Source of the DNA: Nanobdellota archaeon
Lineage (GTDB): Archaea > Nanobdellota > Nanobdellia > Pacearchaeales > GW2011-AR1
NCBI GenBank assembly: GCA_038044745.1
Contig: JBBSZK010000008.1
Location: 7,162-71,161, forward strand
DNA length: 64,000 nucleotides
Direction of reading: 5' to 3'
Shown: positions 59,657 through 64,000 of the stretch, piece by piece
Layout of the letters: every line of letters starts with the position of its first letter
Position numbering within the stretch: position 1 is the first letter of the stretch
Notes under the pieces: generated by a model
Seen by the model: the letters and a program-made list of their open reading frames with translations, nothing else
What the model was told of the DNA's origin: nothing
Databases searched by the model: none
Program-made: the position numbers and the translations under genes

Positions 59657-60218
59657 TTTTCTTTTCCTCCTGTTTCATTTCACGAGCCTTAACCACAAGA
59701 TTGATACGTTTCGCCTTGCGCCCACCACGTCGTAGTGGACGAACCGCCCAACTCGCAGAGGCATAGGTAATGCGCGTTCTGTCAAGGTCGAGTCCATGTG
59801 CGATAGCATTGCCTTTGAGGTTTTTAAGTACACGGATAAACTCTTCGGATGCCACACGGGGATAACGTCCAGACATAATTCCCGGGGCGCTTCGATGAGG
59901 AATTTCTCCCTTGAACGGCACTACTTTGCGCAACGCAATAACTTCGCCAAGGTCATGCAAAGCAACATCAATCGATTTTCTTTTAACAAATCGACTTAAG
60001 TACATACTATGCTTGAGAGAGGTATGGAGGTTGAGCCCCTTCGCAATAACCTCTTCCCTTTTTACAGTTTTCTTTTCTTCTTTCTTGGGTGCTGTCTCGC
60101 TCGCAACAGATTTCTCTTCCTTTTTCTCATGCGCAGTCGTATGCACTTGATGTTTTTCTACAGAAGGCGTTACCTTGATGTGTTTATCCGGTTGCGTATT
60201 TGTGGGTCGTTCGGTCAT
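59649..60218 (-). CDS. rpl22: 50S ribosomal protein uL22 with a Lys/Glu-rich N-terminal extension of about 55 aa
   Basis: L22 core from about residue 58 onward. Synteny between uS19 and uS3. Confidence 0.85.
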   Translation of the reverse strand: MTERPTNTQPDKHIKVTPSVEKHQVHTTAHEKKEEKSVASETAPKKEEKKTVKREEVIAKGLNLHTSLKHSMYLSRFVKRKSIDVALHDLGEVIALRKVVPFKGEIPHRSAPGIMSGRYPRVASEEFIRVLKNLKGNAIAHGLDLDRTRITYASASWAVRPLRRGGRKAKRINLVVKAREMKQEEKKNG

Positions 60219-60219
60219 C

Positions 60220-60618
60220 TTACTTCTTTAGGGCCCTCGAACCCTTGGTGGCTCCAATTCCTGCCGCCGAGTGTGCAACTTTCTTTCGAGTAGGTGCGAA
60301 CTCTCCAAGACGATGCCCCACCATATCAACCACAATCGTAATGTCTTCAAACGTTTTTCCGTTATGCACGCCTATCGTTTTTCCAACTAAATGGGGTACA
60401 ATAACCATCTCTCGCAGATGCGTGCGTATCTTCTTCTTGTGCGACTCGCTCTGTTCACATCGTCTGATAAACTTTTCAATAAGTTCGAAGTGTCGCAAGA
60501 CGCTGCGTCGACTACGAGAAGGGAGATAAGCCGCAGAAGCGCGCACATCCAGCTTTTTCAACTCCGCGAGTAGTGTGCCGCGATATTTTTCCTCTCGTGA
60601 TTTTACTTCCACGTCCAT
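60220..60618 (-). CDS. rps19: 30S ribosomal protein uS19
   Basis: GVHNGKTFEDITIVVDMVGHRLGEFAPTRK signature. Confidence 0.9.
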   Translation of the reverse strand: MDVEVKSREEKYRGTLLAELKKLDVRASAAYLPSRSRRSVLRHFELIEKFIRRCEQSESHKKKIRTHLREMVIVPHLVGKTIGVHNGKTFEDITIVVDMVGHRLGEFAPTRKKVAHSAAGIGATKGSRALKK

Positions 60619-60620
60619 GA

Positions 60621-61313
60621 TTAATGTCTCCCCGTTCTGCGCGGTCGTATGTGTCCGACACGAGCTCCGGCAGGTGCATTTCGTTTAGCAATCTTAGATT
60701 TGATACGTTTACCACGACCAGAACCGAAGGGATGGTCAATAGCGTTCATTTTAACCGCAGAGGTTCGAGGCCATAACTTACCTTTTGCTTGCATCTTGAA
60801 AAACTTTCGTCCCGCTGTAATAAACGGCTTTTGTTGTCGTCCGTCGCCCGCCACAACACCCACCGTTGCTCTACAGCTTCCATCAACAATAACCTCATGC
60901 TTGTTGGGCATGATGACGCCCACTTTATCATGTTCGTAATGCTTGTTAATGAACGCGTTAGTGCCCGCAGCACGAATCATCTTACCTCCGTCGCCAGGGT
61001 TTCGTTCAATATTATAAACGGCCGTTCCCGCGGGAATCTGTTTAAGCGCAACGACGTTTCCTACATTAATTTCATTTCCTAAAACAAACTCTTGCCCCTC
61101 AACTGCACCCTCAAATGCAACATTATAGAAAGTATGGGTTCCTGCCTGCACCTTAATAAGGGGCGCTGAATGTGCTGCCGAGTGAATGATGCGCAGGACT
61201 CGTGCTGAACCTTCAAAGAGAGGGTATCTCACTCTATAAATAAACGCTTGTTTTCGAACTTGATATCGGGGCCCTCCATGACCTCGTGCCTGCGAAATAA
61301 TTGTCTTTCCCAT
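60621..61313 (-). CDS. rpl2: 50S ribosomal protein uL2
   Basis: GRGKRIKSKIAKRNAPAGARVGHI, MNAIDHPFGSG. Confidence 0.9.
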   Translation of the reverse strand: MGKTIISQARGHGGPRYQVRKQAFIYRVRYPLFEGSARVLRIIHSAAHSAPLIKVQAGTHTFYNVAFEGAVEGQEFVLGNEINVGNVVALKQIPAGTAVYNIERNPGDGGKMIRAAGTNAFINKHYEHDKVGVIMPNKHEVIVDGSCRATVGVVAGDGRQQKPFITAGRKFFKMQAKGKLWPRTSAVKMNAIDHPFGSGRGKRIKSKIAKRNAPAGARVGHIRPRRTGRH

Positions 61314-61561
61314 TATATGAGTCCCAACCTTGTAGCCAAATCAGCTGCAGGGTTTTTAACATTGAACTTAACATACGCAAATTTTTTGTTAGCTCGAACC
61401 GACGTTCTAATCTTCGCAATCTTCACGTTAAACAATTTTTCAATTTCGGCTTTCAAAGACTCTTTTCGCGCGTTTCGATTCGTTTCAAACACAAGTGTAT
61501 TCTCAAGGTCCATAAGCTTAACCGCTTTTTCGCTCGCAACAGGTCGTAAATGAATGCTCAT
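61313..61561 (-). CDS. rpl23: 50S ribosomal protein uL23
   Basis: 82 aa (EKAVKLMDLENTLVFETN). Synteny. Confidence 0.85.
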   Translation of the reverse strand: MSIHLRPVASEKAVKLMDLENTLVFETNRNARKESLKAEIEKLFNVKIAKIRTSVRANKKFAYVKFNVKNPAADLATRLGLI

Positions 61562-62331
61562 AGGGAATTCAACTCCTCAGCAGCCTTTTCGCTCAAGATT
61601 ATAAGTCTTCCCAAAGGGTAGAGCATACTTACCGTCACATCCTTGACTGTTCGAACTTCTACTCCTCCGACATGCGCCTTTTCCTGCGCACCGACAACTA
61701 ATAGAACGCCCGCGTTGCGCTTATAACGTCGTCCACGGAGTTTGCCTTTTCCTGCGCGCACTTTTTCAGATACAAGAGCGAGGGGGCTCAATTCTCCAAA
61801 AAGGGTCTTGATAAACTTTGTGAACGCCTTTGTATTTGCAGAAAGAATGTCTGGTCCAACAACAATGGGAAAACCAAAAGGTGCCTTTTCAAATCGCTCA
61901 TATCTTTTTTTGATAAACGCTTCCTGCGCGCACGCAGCGAACGCAGAACGGAGCGCAAGCCGGTATTCCTTTTTATTCATTCGAAGAAGATTGATGCTCG
62001 GTTTCGGTCCATGAGGGCGTCTTCCTCCACGCGTATTAGAAACTTCAGCACCAACCCAGTTGAACTGCGTTCCTCGTCGCCATAATATTTTACGGGGGGT
62101 GCGCGCAATTCCTCGCCCATACTGGCCTTTCCAATCGTGACGCTTGTGGCTAATAATTCCTGAAGCAACATGGCGTCGTCCTGCTTCCACATAAAGCCCA
62201 TAAGCTTGCGGGCTACGTTCAAACTCGACAGCGCGACTGACGAGATCGGCCCTAATCGGAGACTCAAAAAATGCAGGAAGCGCAACGTCCTTTTTTTTAT
62301 TCCCCGTTACATCATACAAAGATGCTTTCAT
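61558..62331 (-). CDS. rpl4: 50S ribosomal protein uL4
   Basis: 257 aa, archaeal L4 (GRGIARTPR loop). Synteny. Confidence 0.9.
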   Translation of the reverse strand: MKASLYDVTGNKKKDVALPAFFESPIRADLVSRAVEFERSPQAYGLYVEAGRRHVASGIISHKRHDWKGQYGRGIARTPRKILWRRGTQFNWVGAEVSNTRGGRRPHGPKPSINLLRMNKKEYRLALRSAFAACAQEAFIKKRYERFEKAPFGFPIVVGPDILSANTKAFTKFIKTLFGELSPLALVSEKVRAGKGKLRGRRYKRNAGVLLVVGAQEKAHVGGVEVRTVKDVTVSMLYPLGRLIILSEKAAEELNSL

Positions 62332-63257
62332 AGTTTCAGCTCCATGAATTCATACTTTTTCTTTGCCTGTTTTTTAGTCGGTCTAAAGGAAGGAGTCACA
62401 AGGAGAACGCGTTTGGGAGGGCCCTGAACACTACCCGCAATGATAATATGATTATCGGAGATGGGGCCATAATGTTTAAACCCGTAGGATGCGGGAATAT
62501 GTTCCCCTGCTTTTCCGTGTGCAAGAATAGGCACATTGTATTGAATGCGGGTAAACATACCGAGCTGTCCCGAAAGAGGGACTTTAAACGTAACGCGCGC
62601 AGGGTGCCACGGGCCAAGGCTTCCAGGGCGGCGAACTCCCTTTTCAGATTTATGTGATTTAAGGCTGATTCCAAATCGCTTGACGGGGCCAACAAGCCCC
62701 TTGCCTCGCGTAAGTCCTCGAACGTCAATTAAGCTTCCCTTAAAAATATCATGCATTCCGATTTCTTTTCCAATATGGTTCTTAACGAATGCCAAAGGAT
62801 CCTGCGCCCGCACAGCCACCTCTGCGAAATCAGGGGCCTTTTTGAACAAATCTTTCGTGACAGGATAGACAATGACATGTATTGCATCCCATCCTTGAAT
62901 ATTTTCAAGAGAGCCCGTTTTTTCAGGAACACGAACAACGCGCTTTAACACAGGGTCATTCGAAACGATAACATCCTTCATAACGCGCCCATTTTTATAA
63001 AATCTAACCGAGAACAATTTCATTTTAGGTACTTCGAGAATCGTCACAGGAAGCGCAACTTTCTTATTCGCAGTCATAGACTTTTCGGTTTTATCACGCA
63101 CGAGCGCGGTTGCCATCCCTGCCTTATAAGTCAAAAATCCTAAAAAGCCCTCTCCGCCTTTAATTGTTGTCCAGTTAACTCTAGGCACAGCTTTACGAGC
63201 GCGCTTTCGCGGCCAATACTGTAAACTTCCATATCGGGGTCTGCTTAATTTTGCCAT
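62328..63257 (-). CDS. rpl3: 50S ribosomal protein uL3
   Basis: MAKLSRPRYGSLQYWPRKRA start typical of archaeal L3. First gene of the superoperon. Confidence 0.9.
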   Translation of the reverse strand: MAKLSRPRYGSLQYWPRKRARKAVPRVNWTTIKGGEGFLGFLTYKAGMATALVRDKTEKSMTANKKVALPVTILEVPKMKLFSVRFYKNGRVMKDVIVSNDPVLKRVVRVPEKTGSLENIQGWDAIHVIVYPVTKDLFKKAPDFAEVAVRAQDPLAFVKNHIGKEIGMHDIFKGSLIDVRGLTRGKGLVGPVKRFGISLKSHKSEKGVRRPGSLGPWHPARVTFKVPLSGQLGMFTRIQYNVPILAHGKAGEHIPASYGFKHYGPISDNHIIIAGSVQGPPKRVLLVTPSFRPTKKQAKKKYEFMELKL

Positions 63258-63389
63258 ATTAATTTCAAATGCAAATTACATTACAACAAGGTGCAACCCA
63301 ACCATCTCGTTATCAGCGAGGTGTTGTTTGTGTGTGCTTCAATCAGATTCCGTTCTACCGTAAACCGTAGTTCCTCTTGATGTTGAGGG

Positions 63390-63397
63390 TATTTAAA
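63390..63397 (-). promoter_or_regulatory. TATA box (TTTAAATA on minus) of the r-protein superoperon; implies a leader of about 110 nt before the uL3 ATG 63257
   Basis: It is the only TATA-like box in the 63258-63411 spacer. Confidence 0.5.
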
Positions 63398-63411
63398 CGT
63401 TACGAGAATAG

Positions 63412-64000
63412 TCACGCCGCAAATGTTTTCTCAGAGAGGTGCGTTGTACCATCCACAACCATAGAACGAACAAGCACACCTTTGCGCTTTGCTAATCTTC
63501 TCATATCCTCAGGTGTCTTCGCATCACTCGGAACTTCGATATCGGTTATAGTAAATGTGTGTCTGATTTCAATAGATTTCCAAGAAGAAGGCGCGCCAAA
63601 TACCAGTTCTCGTGCAAGAGTTTCATCTGGGGTCTTGATGGAACAAAAATCAATCTTGGGTCCGGTCTCGCTTGTGCTTGGTTTGGCCGATTTAGGTGCC
63701 TTTGGCTTAATTTTCAGAATCTGATCTCCGACGTTAAAACTCAATGCAAAAAACGCATTCGGTGCATTATTCAACAATGCAATAATTTCATCACCTTTCA
63801 TAGTCCCCGAAACAACGTATTGCTTAATGCCCATGAACTGTTTCAAGCCCGTTGAAGGGATTTTACTCTTAAGGTCCATTGTAGACACAACAACGCCACT
63901 CACTTCAGTGCTTTTTCCTCCAAGCTTGGTAGCCATTAACTTTACGAGATCGTTTGCATATTCTGCGGTAGTAGAAATAGAATATCCTTTTGCCGATCGC
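63412..64000 (-). CDS. hypothetical protein upstream of the r-protein operon, partial (N-terminus may lie outside the window)
   Basis: The frame stays open from the stop at 63412 to the window edge (...RSAKGYSISTTAEYANDLVKLMATKLGG...). No motif recognised. Confidence 0.5.
   Translation of the reverse strand, partial: RSAKGYSISTTAEYANDLVKLMATKLGGKSTEVSGVVVSTMDLKSKIPSTGLKQFMGIKQYVVSGTMKGDEIIALLNNAPNAFFALSFNVGDQILKIKPKAPKSAKPSTSETGPKIDFCSIKTPDETLARELVFGAPSSWKSIEIRHTFTITDIEVPSDAKTPEDMRRLAKRKGVLVRSMVVDGTTHLSEKTFAA

Noticed and set aside
1-64000. CRISPR arrays, cas genes, toxin-antitoxin pairs, restriction-modification or other recognisable defence systems
   Set aside because: Scanning by eye found no regularly spaced direct repeats, and all ORFs above 60 aa were accounted for by other functions. 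The several methyltransferases have sugar or small-molecule-type architectures, not DNA methyltransferase motifs.

Overview
Archaeal chromosome segment. The archaea-specific markers are Rpo10, Rpp21, eS4/eL19/eL32, aSUI1, AglB with WWDYGYW, an intron-containing tRNA-Trp, and TATA-box leaderless promoters. The very compact gene packing, an orphan short 5S rRNA and several trimmed proteins suggest a small-genome, DPANN-like lineage; this is inference.

Layout:
(1) 1-5.8 kb, housekeeping: partial ABC ATPase, rpoN, RNase P Rpp21, polyprenyl synthase, orphan 5S rRNA, CorA-like protein, tRNA-Leu/Arg/Trp, secF-secD.
(2) 5.8-48.9 kb, one uninterrupted glycan/N-glycosylation island of about 43 kb. It holds aglB, about 13 glycosyltransferases (GT2, GT4, GT9, GT-C, CgeB-like, Alg13/14-like, AglH/Alg7-like), two Wzx-like flippases, an MBOAT+SGNH O-acyltransferase pair, gmd, two sugar C-methyltransferases, two RmlD-like reductases, cupins, AsnB, QueC and others. 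No integrase, transposase or CRISPR was seen.
(3) 48.9-64 kb, the minus-strand archaeal ribosomal-protein superoperon (uL3...uL15), then secY, DUF106/YidC-like, prefoldin alpha and a SpoIIM-like gene.

Most interesting observations:
- A five-gene operon at 23.7-27.9 kb (HAD phosphatase, nucleotidyltransferase, nucleotidyltransferase-APH-kinase fusion, GatZ/KbaZ-like TIM barrel, cupin). It looks like an undescribed nucleotide-sugar activation route. It carries a 66-nt perfect gene-conversion tract and the only long structured leader in the island.
- A eukaryote-like Alg7/Alg14/Alg13/Alg5 operon with an Alg13-methyltransferase fusion.
- Duplicated C-methyltransferase/reductase/cupin modules, one cupin being frameshifted.
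- A 64-aa aIF5A-N-domain-like protein lacking the hypusine loop.
- A strict TATA-N20-23-ATG leaderless rule, including three exactly 49-bp divergent spacers that share one central TATA box.

All functional calls come from by-eye motif and family recognition; no database search was run.
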